DNA from: an uncultured Actinomycetes bacterium
Lineage (GTDB): Bacteria > Actinomycetota > UBA4738 > JBBDTT01
Length of the DNA: 64,000 nt
Direction of reading: 5' to 3'
Assembly: GCA_963742735.1 (NCBI GenBank)
Contig: CAVUMN010000004.1
Location: 96,001 to 160,000 of the forward strand
Shown: positions 9,052-19,012 of the stretch, in pieces
How the letters are laid out: every line of letters begins with the position of its first letter
Position numbering within the stretch: position 1 is the stretch's first letter
The notes under the pieces: model-generated
What the model was told of the DNA's origin: nothing
Seen by the model: only the letters and a program-made list of their open reading frames with translations
Databases searched by the model: none
Program-made: the position numbers and the translations under genes

Positions 9052-10908
9052 ATGGGTGTCTCCGGATCCCTCCGCGCACCCCGCATGTTCGCGCTGGTCG
9101 CCGGCACCCTGCTCGTCTTCTTCCTCGTCCCGGTCATGGTGCATGCCTTCCCGTTCCCCGTCGGGCCGGACGTCCCGTACTACGTGTGGTCGACGCGGCT
9201 TGCCGGCGAGTTCGGGCTGTCGGTCACCGACTTCCGTCCGGGGTTGCACGCGCTGCTCCTGGCGCTGTCGGGAGGGACGGGCCTGTCGGTCCTGCAGCTG
9301 CTGGGCGCCGTCGCGATCGCCCTCGCGGTGTCGGCGGGCCTGGCCGCCGCGGCGCTGGCCGATCGCGGGCTCGGCCGCGATCCCCTTCGCACCGCCGTGA
9401 TCGGGGTGGCCACGGGCGCGTTCACCGCGCGCCTCGCGTCGGGGTTCATCGCGAACCTGCTCTTCGCCGCGCTGTTCCTGGCCGCGCTGGCGGTGATCCT
9501 CGGACGCCGCCGGCCCGCCTCGGCCGCCCTGGCCGCGGGGTTCCTCGGCGCGGCCGGCCTGTCGCACGGGCTGTTCGTGGCCGTCGGCGCGGCCGTCCTG
9601 GGGTTGGCGGCGGTCGCCCGGCTGGTCACCGGCCGGCGGACCGACCCGGGCGCGACCCAGCGCGACCTCCGCCGCATGGCGGCGGCCGCACTGGGCGGCG
9701 GGGCGATTACCGCCGTCGGGTTCCTGGGCGCGTCGCTCGGGCGGCCCCTCTCCCAGGAGGAGCACGTCCACACGCGCGACGCGTTCCTGCGGCGGGCGGG
9801 GCTGCAGGCCTCGGTCGCCGGCGCCTACGTCTCGCGGCTGGGCGAGGCCGTTCGCGCCTTCGCCCTGCCGGCGACCCTCCCGCTGGCGGGGGTCGGCGGC
9901 GCCTGGCTGGCCCGGGCTCGACGGGCGATCGATCCGCTGTTCGGCTGCCTCCTCGCGGCGTGGGCCGCGGTGACTGCGGGCGGCATCGCCGTCGCCCTGG
10001 CCACCGACGAGATCCCCGCGGGGAGGGTGCTGAACTTCGCGCTGGTGCTGCCGATCGCGGCGGGTGCCGGCGCCGTCGGGCTGGCCCGGTGGGCCGGGTC
10101 GCGGCACCGGGAGCTCGGGGCGATCCTCGGGGTGGTCCTGTTCGTCGCCCTGCTGGCGGGGCCGTTCCGGGCGTGGAACGCGACGCATCCGTTCACGTCG
10201 AGGACCGACCTGGCCGCGGTGCGCGCCGCGGCCGAGCGGATCGTCGAGCTGCCGCCGCGTACCCCCCTCGTGTTCGTCATCGACCACCACGGGCCCCACG
10301 CCGGCTTCGAGCTCAGCCGCTACGTGAACGTGACCCGGATGGGCCTGCCCCCCGAGCGCCAGGACGACGTGGCGTTCTTCATCGGGGGCGCCGAGGACTA
10401 CGAGGAGCGCCGGCCCGGCACGGCGGAGGACTCGGAGCACGACGGCATCGCGGCCGACGCGTTCGCGCGGCTCGGGCCGGTCCTGGAGGAGGACCACGCC
10501 GCGTTCCTGCTTCGTCCGTTCAACCAGGAGGGCTGGGATCCCGACGCGGGGACATCCCTATCGCCGCTGGTCCGGCTGATCGGCGACCCGGGCCTCAGCG
10601 CGCGGCCGCCCGGGGGGGAGGACGTCCCCGATACGGAGGGGCTGCATCCGGGACTGCTGCCGTTCGTGACGCTCGGACTCCTGGCCCTGCTGACGCTGGC
10701 CGGGCTGGGGTGGGTCCGGTGGCTGGGACCGGCGATGGAGGAGGCCGAGCGGTGGGCGCTGTCGCCGGCCGCGGGCGCCGGGGCGATCGTGCTCGCCGGA
10801 GTGGTCGTGGACACCCTGGGCCTCGGCCTCGGGTCCTGGGGCGGCGCCGCGCTCGCGCTCGCCCTCGCCGGCAGCGCCCTGGCGTGGCGGCGCGCCGGCC
10901 GCGCGTAG
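9052..10908 (+). CDS. Polytopic membrane protein, probable GT-C glycosyltransferase
   Basis: Acidic loop after TM1 (PVGPDVPYYVW), many TM segments; ATG 9052 7 nt after TAGAAT. Confidence 0.6.
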   Translation: MGVSGSLRAPRMFALVAGTLLVFFLVPVMVHAFPFPVGPDVPYYVWSTRLAGEFGLSVTDFRPGLHALLLALSGGTGLSVLQLLGAVAIALAVSAGLAAAALADRGLGRDPLRTAVIGVATGAFTARLASGFIANLLFAALFLAALAVILGRRRPASAALAAGFLGAAGLSHGLFVAVGAAVLGLAAVARLVTGRRTDPGATQRDLRRMAAAALGGGAITAVGFLGASLGRPLSQEEHVHTRDAFLRRAGLQASVAGAYVSRLGEAVRAFALPATLPLAGVGGAWLARARRAIDPLFGCLLAAWAAVTAGGIAVALATDEIPAGRVLNFALVLPIAAGAGAVGLARWAGSRHRELGAILGVVLFVALLAGPFRAWNATHPFTSRTDLAAVRAAAERIVELPPRTPLVFVIDHHGPHAGFELSRYVNVTRMGLPPERQDDVAFFIGGAEDYEERRPGTAEDSEHDGIAADAFARLGPVLEEDHAAFLLRPFNQEGWDPDAGTSLSPLVRLIGDPGLSARPPGGEDVPDTEGLHPGLLPFVTLGLLALLTLAGLGWVRWLGPAMEEAERWALSPAAGAGAIVLAGVVVDTLGLGLGSWGGAALALALAGSALAWRRAGRA

Positions 10909-10915
10909 CCCACGG

Positions 10916-11839
10916 TCAGCCGAGCACGGCGACCATGGCCATCCGGTCGCGGAAGTCCGGCGAGACCTGGCGATCGGCCGCCCCCGCCCGATCGAGGACC
11001 GTGACGCCGGCGCGGGCGAGCGCCGGCGCGTAGCCCGCCACCCGCTCCGCGTAATAGCGGGCGGAGAACGTCTTGGGGTGGGTCCGGACGATCCTCGGGA
11101 CGAACCCGTGCCGGCGCAGGAGCCGCTCGAGCGAGCCGCGGGTGAAGTACTGAACGTGCATGGGAAGGACCGACCACCACCGGCGCCCGAGCGCGCGGGC
11201 CACCCGGCTTCCGGCGTCGGGCGTGGTCAGGAACAGCGCACCGCCCGGCTCGAGCAGGCCGGCCGCCCGGTCGAGGGCCTCGCCCGGCTCGGCGAGGTGC
11301 TCGATCACGTCGGACATGGCCACGGCCCGGAACGAGGCGGGCTCCAGGTCCGCCTCCTCGAACGCCTGGGTTCGGGCGTCCACGCCCCGCGACCGGGCGC
11401 GCTCGGACGCCCACCGGGACGGCTCCACCCCGACGGCCTCCCACCCTCGTTGCCCCGCGGCCAGCGGGAACGAACCCGTCCAGCAGCCCACGTCGAGCAG
11501 GCGGCCCGGGCGCACCACACGCTCGAGCAGGGCCAGCCCGTCGTGCGCGGTGCGCACCTGGCCGGCCTCCTCGCGCACCGAGACGGGGTCGGCCGCGTCG
11601 GCGTACGCCTCGCGGAGAGCCTCGGCCGGTGGAGCCTCGGCCAGCGAGCCGTGGCCGCAGGTCTCGCAGCGGATCACCATGGCGGCCGTCTGGCCGAACC
11701 GGCCCGAGCTGGGGCGGAACGCTTCCGCGCTGACGCCGTCCTCGATCCGGCCGGGCGGGACGCGCCACGCGGCCCGCCCACGGGCGCCGTCGCAGACCGG
11801 GCACCGCCACGCCGCCGGGACCGCGGCCGGGCTCCTCAC
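10916..11839 (-). CDS. Class I SAM-dependent methyltransferase with N-terminal CxxC...CxxC
   Basis: LLDVGCWTG, GVEPS, DVIEH and LTTPD; CPVC and CETC; GTG overlaps the upstream stop. Confidence 0.9.
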   Translation of the reverse strand: MRSPAAVPAAWRCPVCDGARGRAAWRVPPGRIEDGVSAEAFRPSSGRFGQTAAMVIRCETCGHGSLAEAPPAEALREAYADAADPVSVREEAGQVRTAHDGLALLERVVRPGRLLDVGCWTGSFPLAAGQRGWEAVGVEPSRWASERARSRGVDARTQAFEEADLEPASFRAVAMSDVIEHLAEPGEALDRAAGLLEPGGALFLTTPDAGSRVARALGRRWWSVLPMHVQYFTRGSLERLLRRHGFVPRIVRTHPKTFSARYYAERVAGYAPALARAGVTVLDRAGAADRQVSPDFRDRMAMVAVLG

Positions 11840-13143
11840 ACCGACACGCGAGCCGAGCCGAGCATCTCCTCCGCGACCCGGATCGCGCGCTTCAGCCCCT
11901 CGTCCATCCCTCGGTCCTCGGGGTAGATCTGGGCGGTCGTCGACAGGTACAGGCCGGGGAGGTGCGCGGCGGTGGGTGGGATGCGTCCCAGGTGGCCCAG
12001 CTCGGGAAGCGGAGCGGCGTAGGGTGTCCGGAACGGCGTGACCTTCAGCACCTCGTTCGCGGAGAGGCCGGGAAGGTGCTCGGCGAGGACGTCCACCCAT
12101 CGCGCGGCCTCGGCGGCGGGGTCCTCGGTCGCCACCGGCTCGTCGAGCGTGTGGTACCGGCTCAGGTACACGACCGTTCGGCCCCCGTAGTCCTCGGCGG
12201 GGACCAGGTTGGTGTGCTCGATGATGCCGCCGAACGGAAGCAGCGGATCGCACACGTTGGTCCAGTAGATGTCGCCGAGCGGTCTCGCGAGCTCCACGAC
12301 GACGCACAGCACGCCGAGCCGGCCGATGGCGCCCCACCGCGGATCGCGCAGCGGCTCGGGGACCAGGCGCTCGATGCCGGGCAGCGTCCCCGCGTAGAGC
12401 ACCGCGTCGGCCTCGACCTCCACGGAATCGATTGCGACACCGCGGACCCCGGACTCGTCGGCCAGGATCCCGGTCGCCCCCTCGCCAAGGCGCAGGTCGA
12501 CGCCCTCCCGGCGGAGCTCGCCCTCGAGCGCGTCGAACAGCTGGCGGAACCCGCCGCGCAGATACCCGAGGACCTCCCGGCCCCGCCGCCGCCCGCCGGC
12601 CCGCTGCCGGAACCGGCCCCACATCCAGGCGGCCGGCACGTTGCCCGCGGCGTGACCGAACCGTGCCCGCAGCAAGGGCTCCCAGACCACCCGTCGGGCG
12701 TTCGCCCCCGTCAGCCCCTCCAGCCAGTCGAGCGCGGTGACCCCGTCCAGCGCCGTCCAGTCCTTCTCCCGGGCCAGCCGCAGGGCGCCGAGGCCGGTCC
12801 GCACGCGGTCGAGCGGCGGAAGCGGGCCGAACCGGAGCAGGTCGCCGGCGGAGGTGAAGGGCCACACGCGGCCCTCGCGGAGCACCCCGACCGAGCTCCG
12901 GAACCACCCGAGCTTGTCGCCCAGGCCGAGCCGGCGGATCAGCTCCACGATGTCGGTCTCGTGCGGGAAGACGTGGTGGTAGAAGCACTCGAGTGGCGTC
13001 CCGGCGACCTCGAAGCTGACGACCAGGCCGCCGAGGTGCTCGGTCCGCTCGACGACCACGACCTCCACACCGGCCCGCCGCAGGTGCAGGGCCGCACCGG
13101 CGCCCCCGATCCCGCCGCCGACGACCACCACCCGGCGGGTCAC
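11836..13143 (-). CDS. FAD-dependent oxidoreductase (protoporphyrinogen-oxidase-like, PRK07233-type)
   Basis: VVVVGGGIGG, LECFYHH, LGYLRGGF, YWTNV, EHTNL and IYPEDRG. Confidence 0.85.
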   Translation of the reverse strand: MTRRVVVVGGGIGGAGAALHLRRAGVEVVVVERTEHLGGLVVSFEVAGTPLECFYHHVFPHETDIVELIRRLGLGDKLGWFRSSVGVLREGRVWPFTSAGDLLRFGPLPPLDRVRTGLGALRLAREKDWTALDGVTALDWLEGLTGANARRVVWEPLLRARFGHAAGNVPAAWMWGRFRQRAGGRRRGREVLGYLRGGFRQLFDALEGELRREGVDLRLGEGATGILADESGVRGVAIDSVEVEADAVLYAGTLPGIERLVPEPLRDPRWGAIGRLGVLCVVVELARPLGDIYWTNVCDPLLPFGGIIEHTNLVPAEDYGGRTVVYLSRYHTLDEPVATEDPAAEAARWVDVLAEHLPGLSANEVLKVTPFRTPYAAPLPELGHLGRIPPTAAHLPGLYLSTTAQIYPEDRGMDEGLKRAIRVAEEMLGSARVSV

Positions 13144-13871
13144 GGCGACCTCGAAAGCCGCCGGTACATCGACGCCAGCTCCGTGAACGCGCGGACGACG
13201 ACGGAGAGCTTGATACCCCGGGCCTCGCCGAAACGGCGGGGGTAGTGGTGGACGCCGACCTCGACGATGCGGTGTCCGGAACGGCCGAGCTTCAGCATCA
13301 GCTCGGTGGAGACCATGGCCCCCACGCTTTCCAGGTCGATCTGAGCGAACACGCTGCGGCGGAAGAGCTTGAACGCACAGTCGATGTCGCGCACCGGGAC
13401 GTAGAACAGCGCGCGGACCAGGACGTTCCACGCCCTGGCCGCGGCGAGCCGGGTGGCCCCGTCGCGGCGGTTGATGCGGTAGCCGGCCACCACGTCGACC
13501 CGCTCGATCAAGGGCATGAACAGGGCGAGCTCGTTCGGGTCGAACTGGTTGTCGGCGTCGATCAGGAACACCAGGTCGAGCGTGGCCGCCTCGAACCCGC
13601 TGCGCAGCGCCTCGCCGTAGCCGGCGTTCGCCTCGTGACGGATCAGCCGGACGCGCGGGTCGGCCTCGGACAGCCGGGCGACGATCCGCGCGGTGGCGTC
13701 CCGTGAGCCGTCGTCGACGACGAGGATCTCGTGGGCCTCGGTGAGCCGTTCGGCCGCCGCCGTCACCCGGCGGACGCACTCCTCGATGTTCGCCTCCTCG
13801 TTGAACGCGGGGATAACGACGGACAGCCGCCGGCGAACGGTTTCCGACGCGAACGCGGCCGGCCCGCTCAC
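13140..13871 (-). CDS. GT2 glycosyltransferase, polyprenol-phosphate sugar synthase-like
   Basis: SVVIPAFNEE, VVDDGSRD, NAGYG, IDADNQF and DIDCAFKLFR. Confidence 0.9.
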   Translation of the reverse strand: MSGPAAFASETVRRRLSVVIPAFNEEANIEECVRRVTAAAERLTEAHEILVVDDGSRDATARIVARLSEADPRVRLIRHEANAGYGEALRSGFEAATLDLVFLIDADNQFDPNELALFMPLIERVDVVAGYRINRRDGATRLAAARAWNVLVRALFYVPVRDIDCAFKLFRRSVFAQIDLESVGAMVSTELMLKLGRSGHRIVEVGVHHYPRRFGEARGIKLSVVVRAFTELASMYRRLSRSP

Positions 13872-15817
13872 TGCAGCTCCGCCGGAGGACAGTCCTCGGA
13901 GTCGGGGTCGATATGCAGGTAGACGTGGGCGTCCGCGGAGCCGCCCACATCGCACCAGTCGTCGGGTGAGGGCCGCCAACCCGCGGGAACGCCCACCGCC
14001 GGGATCAGCGAGACCACGATGATGGATGGGTCCAGCCGGTCCAGGGCGTCCTGGAACGCGACCGCGTCCTCGTAGGGATCCTCACCTGCCGCCCCGCCCT
14101 CGGCGATGGCGACCAGCCGCCGGTTGAGGCGCGGACCGAGCAACGACCGGAGGTCGAAAACGCCGATCGACACGACCGACTCGTAGTACGGACGCACGGC
14201 TTCCTGCTCCAGCGGTGTCGGCGCCCGTCCCCCGGCCGTGGCGACCATGGTCGCCCCGAGCGCCGCGGCAAGCACGGCGGCGACGGCGGCCGGGCGGCTC
14301 CGAAGGAACCCCAGCTTCGGCGGGTGGTTCCACGCCAGCCACGCGGCCGCCCCGAGCGCCGCCGCGACGAGCGCCCCCCACCCGAGCTCGAGGTCCGGCC
14401 GTCGAAGGGTCTCCGGGTCCAGCAGGTGGACCGCGTCGAACACGAGCGCCACGCCGATCACCGGGGCCAGCAGGAGCTTCGGCAGCGAGGCCGAAGCCAG
14501 CGCGACCCCGAGCAGGACGGCGGGCAGCGCGTAGCGCGTGTTGATGCCCATCACCTGGCTCTGTCCCGTGAACGGCGTGCTCGCGTACGCGAGGAGCCAG
14601 GCCATCGCGAGCACGCCGAGCCATCGGCGATCCCGGGATCGCAGGGCCGCGACGGCGCCGAGGGGCAGCAGAAGGACGACCGGGCCCCATAGCCGCCACA
14701 GTAGGCGTATCCATTCGGCGAGCGCCGCGGTCTCGAACCGCGCGAGATGGCCGAGGAGCGGCCCGCTGATCGACTCGAGCGGGCTGGAGTAACCGGGCCA
14801 CCCCAGGGCCTCGACCCCCTGCGGGAAGATCGGGTTCCCGGTTGCCAGGGCGTTGCGCAGGAGCCACGGCCCGGCGAACAGCGCGAGCCCCGGCAGCAGC
14901 CGCCACAGGTCCCTCGTCGGCCGGACGACGACCGCCGCGCCCGCCAGGAGCAGGGCCGCGGGGACCATCGCGGAGTACTTGCTGCCGACGGCCAGGCCCG
15001 CGGCGACGCCGGCCAGCCACAGCCACGGGCGGGGCCCCTCCCGGACGGCCAGATGGAGGAAGGCAACCGCCGCGATCAGCGGTCCGGCCGCGGCCAGGTC
15101 CGTTCCAAGCGAGTGCGCCTGCGACCCGAAGAGGACCGGCGTCCCCAGGACGGCGATGGCCCCGAGCGCGCCCACCCAGGCCCGCCCGCCCAGGCGTCGA
15201 GCCAGCAGCGCCACGGCGAGGACGGCCAGCAGGCCGAACGCCACGTTGCCGACGTAGATCGAATGGTCGCCGTGGGTCGGCAGCGCGAGCCACAGGCCGA
15301 CGGTCTCCCCGTTCCCCGGATGGGTCGCGGTCGCGAACGCCGGGTTCTGGAACGGCAGCGGCCACAGGCTCTCCCGCTGGAGCCACGAGGCCAGGTTGGC
15401 GATGTGGTAGTGCCGGCTCTCGAAGTCCTCGGAGAGCCGCCCGAGCAGCGCCGGGATCAGGGCCAGGCTCGCCAGGGCCACGCCCACCCCGGCGGCGACC
15501 GCGCCGCCGCGGCGATCGGCGTCGCCCTCCTCGCGAACCGCGTCGGGCGGCCGGACCAGGCGCCACACGACGAGGGCGAGCACGAGGTGGAGCCCCAGCG
15601 CCGGCTCGGGACCGAGGACCCCAGCCATGGCCAGGAGCAGCGGCACGCCGACCACCTGGGCCAGGCCGATCAGCACGGCCACCGTCGCCCGGACGAGCCC
15701 GTCCTCCGGGGCGACCGCCCGAGCCACCCGGACCGCCACGAAGGCGACGGCGCCGGCGCCAACGGCGAACCACACGGCCGCCAGAACCAGGGTCGTCGGG
15801 GAAGCAGGAGAAGCCAC
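13868..15817 (-). CDS. Polytopic membrane protein, probable GT-C (PMT-like) glycosyltransferase
   Basis: EDFESRHYH loop, HPGNGE, GLAVGSKY, PWLLRN..TGNPIFP and RYALP; start uncertain (15817 or 15832). Confidence 0.7.
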   Translation of the reverse strand: MASPASPTTLVLAAVWFAVGAGAVAFVAVRVARAVAPEDGLVRATVAVLIGLAQVVGVPLLLAMAGVLGPEPALGLHLVLALVVWRLVRPPDAVREEGDADRRGGAVAAGVGVALASLALIPALLGRLSEDFESRHYHIANLASWLQRESLWPLPFQNPAFATATHPGNGETVGLWLALPTHGDHSIYVGNVAFGLLAVLAVALLARRLGGRAWVGALGAIAVLGTPVLFGSQAHSLGTDLAAAGPLIAAVAFLHLAVREGPRPWLWLAGVAAGLAVGSKYSAMVPAALLLAGAAVVVRPTRDLWRLLPGLALFAGPWLLRNALATGNPIFPQGVEALGWPGYSSPLESISGPLLGHLARFETAALAEWIRLLWRLWGPVVLLLPLGAVAALRSRDRRWLGVLAMAWLLAYASTPFTGQSQVMGINTRYALPAVLLGVALASASLPKLLLAPVIGVALVFDAVHLLDPETLRRPDLELGWGALVAAALGAAAWLAWNHPPKLGFLRSRPAAVAAVLAAALGATMVATAGGRAPTPLEQEAVRPYYESVVSIGVFDLRSLLGPRLNRRLVAIAEGGAAGEDPYEDAVAFQDALDRLDPSIIVVSLIPAVGVPAGWRPSPDDWCDVGGSADAHVYLHIDPDSEDCPPAELQ

Positions 15818-15953
15818 GATGGGCGCGAACATACCGTTCGTCACGCTCGTCGCGCCCCACGGCGGCGGCGTTTCGCTCCAGGCCCCGCCCGAACCCATCG
15901 CGAGGACGCGACGCCCAACGCGCGCCCCCGCAAGGCCTCAAGGAGGAGGACCC

Positions 15954-17732
15954 GTGCCCGCCACTGCCCGCCGCGCTCGCCCGCTGTTCGTCGTCGCCGT
16001 GCTTGCCGCGTTGATCGTTGCCGCCCCAGCCGGGGCCGGCGCCGCCCCGCTCGACGCCGCTCCTCGAAGCGTCCTGCTCGAACGTCAGATCGCCGATCTC
16101 CAGAGTCCGAACGCGATCCTGCGCTTCGACCCGGCCGTCGTCTCACGCACCACGATCGTCCGCGAGCTCGAGGCCCTCGGGCTGACCGGCACCGCGCTCG
16201 AGGTCCTGCCGATCGTCGGGGTGAGCGGTCCACTCGCCGCGATCGTGCGCGGGGCGCGCCTCCCGGGCATCGTCGCGGCCCACGACGACGACCCGATCGA
16301 GTACCACACGTACGAGTCGATCCCGCTGGTGTTCGAGGGCAAGCAGGTCCAGTACCGGGTCAACTCGCGCTACGACGGCCGCGGCCAGACGGTCGCCGTC
16401 ATCGACAGCGGCGTGGACGGCACCCACCCGGACCTCGCCAAGCGCGTCGTCCACAACGTGAAGTTCCTCGACCTGGTCCGGACGAGCATTGGCACGCCGA
16501 GCTACGTGGTGTGCCCGGTCGCGTGCAACACCGACACCACGAGCGGCCACGGCACGCACGTGACGGGTACCGTCGTCGGCGACGGGTCCGCGTCGAAGGG
16601 GTGGGCCACCGGCGTCGCGCCCGGCGCGAGCGTGGTCGGTCTGGGCGTGGGCGACGGCGACCGGATCCTGTTCGCGGTCTCCGCGTTCGACTACCTGCTG
16701 GCCCACCCGGAGCTCGGAGTCGTCGCGGTCAACAACTCGTGGGGGGTCAACCAGGAGGCGGGCACGGGCCGGTTCGACTCGACCCACCCCGTGAACGTCG
16801 CCACCAAGGCTCTGTACGACCGCGGCGTCGTGTCGGTGTTCTCGGCCGGCAACGACTCCACCGGTGCGCGGACCGACGAGCCCGGCGCCTCCAGCTGCGA
16901 CACCGTCGACAACGGCGACGGCACGCGCTCGGCCGGCCCCGGCATCTGCCGGTTCACGGTGTACGGCTCGGCGCCGTGGGTCATCTCGGCGGCGGCCGGA
17001 CGCAAGGACCGGGCCGGGTACCCGCACGCGCCTGGAAGCCAGTACCTCGCGGTCCTCTCGTCACGAGGGGACACCCAGGAACAGCTCTCCCTGGACGGGA
17101 TCCCGGTCACCTACCAGCCAACCCTCACCGCGCCCGGGATCAACGTCCGGGCCGCCCGCGACTCCACGGGCGCCTTCATCGCGGCCGCCTCCTGCGCCTC
17201 CGCCGAGACGCCCCAGTGCGTCCCGCCGAACGCGAAGTGGGAGCCGTACTACGTCCCCGTCTCGGGCACGAGCATGGCCGCCCCCCACGTGACCGGGGCC
17301 GTCGCGGTGATCCAGAACGCCGCGAAGCGCATCCTGCGCCGGCTCCTCACACCCGACGAGGTCAAGGCGGTGCTCGTCGCGTCGGCCTCCCCCATGACCG
17401 AGAAGGACGGAAACTGGGACTGGCCCTGCGGCGGCGCGCTGTTCATCCCGTGCGGGACGAGCGGCAAGACCGACGACCGGTGGCTCGGCCTGTCGGGCGA
17501 CCCGTACGAGCCCTACCAGGTCGGCGCCGGCTACCTGAACGTCCGCCAGGCGATCAACACGGTGGCCGGCATGGCTGCAACGGCCGGCGCACCGGCCGCG
17601 GCCGCCGAGCTGCCGGCAGGCGAGTCGCCCGCCGAGCCGCCTCCGCCACCCGAGGGCGAGACGTCCCCTCCAGACGCCGAGCCGTCGGAGGAGCCCTCGC
17701 CCGAGCCCACCCCTACCGAGAGCCCGAGCTGA
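15954..17732 (+). CDS. Secreted S8 subtilisin-like serine peptidase with a Pro/Glu-rich tail
   Basis: Catalytic triad VIDSG / GHGTHV / SGTSMAAPH; signal peptide; AGGAGG RBS before GTG 15954. Confidence 0.92.
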   Translation: MPATARRARPLFVVAVLAALIVAAPAGAGAAPLDAAPRSVLLERQIADLQSPNAILRFDPAVVSRTTIVRELEALGLTGTALEVLPIVGVSGPLAAIVRGARLPGIVAAHDDDPIEYHTYESIPLVFEGKQVQYRVNSRYDGRGQTVAVIDSGVDGTHPDLAKRVVHNVKFLDLVRTSIGTPSYVVCPVACNTDTTSGHGTHVTGTVVGDGSASKGWATGVAPGASVVGLGVGDGDRILFAVSAFDYLLAHPELGVVAVNNSWGVNQEAGTGRFDSTHPVNVATKALYDRGVVSVFSAGNDSTGARTDEPGASSCDTVDNGDGTRSAGPGICRFTVYGSAPWVISAAAGRKDRAGYPHAPGSQYLAVLSSRGDTQEQLSLDGIPVTYQPTLTAPGINVRAARDSTGAFIAAASCASAETPQCVPPNAKWEPYYVPVSGTSMAAPHVTGAVAVIQNAAKRILRRLLTPDEVKAVLVASASPMTEKDGNWDWPCGGALFIPCGTSGKTDDRWLGLSGDPYEPYQVGAGYLNVRQAINTVAGMAATAGAPAAAAELPAGESPAEPPPPPEGETSPPDAEPSEEPSPEPTPTESPS

Positions 17733-17793
17733 CGCGCCGCCGCCGGCCGGCGGGCCCGTGCTAGCGTCGGTCGTTCCGACGGAGGGAGCCCGG

Positions 17794-18204
17794 ATGGCGG
17801 CGAAGGGTAAGGGCACCAAGGACGACCCCTGGGTCCTGCAGACCCCGAGCGGCGGCGGTGAGTTCACGATGTACAAGGACGAGGACGCGGACCCGCCCCA
17901 GCTCGTCTGTCAGGTCGGCTCGACCAAGCTGACGTATCAGCTCCGCGCGCTCGACGATCTCCACGCCATGCTGAAGGAGCACGGCGACTGGATGCCGCTG
18001 GGCAACGCCGACGAGCAGAAGCCGGCCGCTCCCGGCACCGTCGAGGCGTGGGCGCGCGACCCGAAGAACCCGGTGGGCGGTTTCTACGGCCTGCGCAAGG
18101 GCTACCGAGGGCGGTTCGGGAACTACATCCCGCCGTTGATGGAAGCGTTGGGGCTGGCCGAGGTGGAGCACCAGCCCCGCAACAACCGGATGCGCGCGAT
18201 CTAA
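17794..18204 (+). CDS. Conserved hypothetical protein (DUF6855-like)
   Basis: GTKDDPWVLQTP...CQVGST...LGNADEQK...GLRKGYRGRF...NNRMRA; GGAGG RBS. Confidence 0.75.
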   Translation: MAAKGKGTKDDPWVLQTPSGGGEFTMYKDEDADPPQLVCQVGSTKLTYQLRALDDLHAMLKEHGDWMPLGNADEQKPAAPGTVEAWARDPKNPVGGFYGLRKGYRGRFGNYIPPLMEALGLAEVEHQPRNNRMRAI

Positions 18205-18226
18205 CCCCGCCGATTAGGCTCGAACC

Positions 18227-19012
18227 GTGGGCGAGGTCGAGCGCTACCCGCACGGGACCTTCTGCTGGGTAGACCTGGGCACCCCGGACGTCGCCGGGGC
18301 GAAGACGTTCTACGGCGGACTCCTCGGATGGGATCTGGAGGACAGCCCCGGGCCCGACGACACGACCTACACGATGGCGCGGCTGAACGGCTATGCCGTC
18401 GCGGGCATCCATGCCCATTCCGAGGACGAGGGCACCGGGTGGTCGTCCTCGATCTCGGTGGACGACGCGGACGCGGCCACCACCCGCGCGGCGGAGTTCG
18501 GGGCGACCGTCGAGCTGGAGCCCTTCGAGATCCCGGAGACCGCGAGGATGTCCGTGATCCGCGACCCGGCCGGCGCGCAGGTGACCCTCTGGCAACCGAA
18601 GGGTTTCATCGGCGCCGCGTACGTCAACGACCACGGGTCGTGGGGGTGGAACGAGCTCGTTGCAGAGGACCTGGACGCGGCGGTCGAGTTCTACGGCGCG
18701 ATGTTCGGTTGGACGTCCGAGGACGCGCCGGGCGGGATCAGACGGATGGGGTTCTCGATGGGCGACCTCCTCATCGGGGGCGCCCACGCCCCCATCCCGG
18801 TCGAAGACCCCACGCCCCGGTGGACGATCGCCTTCGCCGTCGCCGACGCGGCCCGGGCGGCGGCGCGCGTGTCCGAGCTGGGCGGAACGATCGTGCTCCC
18901 GCCCATGGAGATCCCCATGGGGAAGTTCACCGTGGCCGCAGACCAGGCCGGCGCGACGTTCACACTCTCGGCCGCCCCGGCCGGACCGCTCCGCGGGGTC
19001 GACGGGTCCTGA
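18227..19012 (+). CDS. VOC/glyoxalase family protein (two domains)
   Basis: GTFCWVDLGTPD..AKTFYGGLLGW, RDPAGA, WNEL...FYGAMFGW. Confidence 0.9.
   Translation: MGEVERYPHGTFCWVDLGTPDVAGAKTFYGGLLGWDLEDSPGPDDTTYTMARLNGYAVAGIHAHSEDEGTGWSSSISVDDADAATTRAAEFGATVELEPFEIPETARMSVIRDPAGAQVTLWQPKGFIGAAYVNDHGSWGWNELVAEDLDAAVEFYGAMFGWTSEDAPGGIRRMGFSMGDLLIGGAHAPIPVEDPTPRWTIAFAVADAARAAARVSELGGTIVLPPMEIPMGKFTVAADQAGATFTLSAAPAGPLRGVDGS

Noticed and set aside
6265-10497. 1410-aa minus-strand ORF and many other long Arg/Pro/Gly-rich ORFs
   Set aside because: Shadow frames of real genes in high-GC DNA; no motifs and atypical composition
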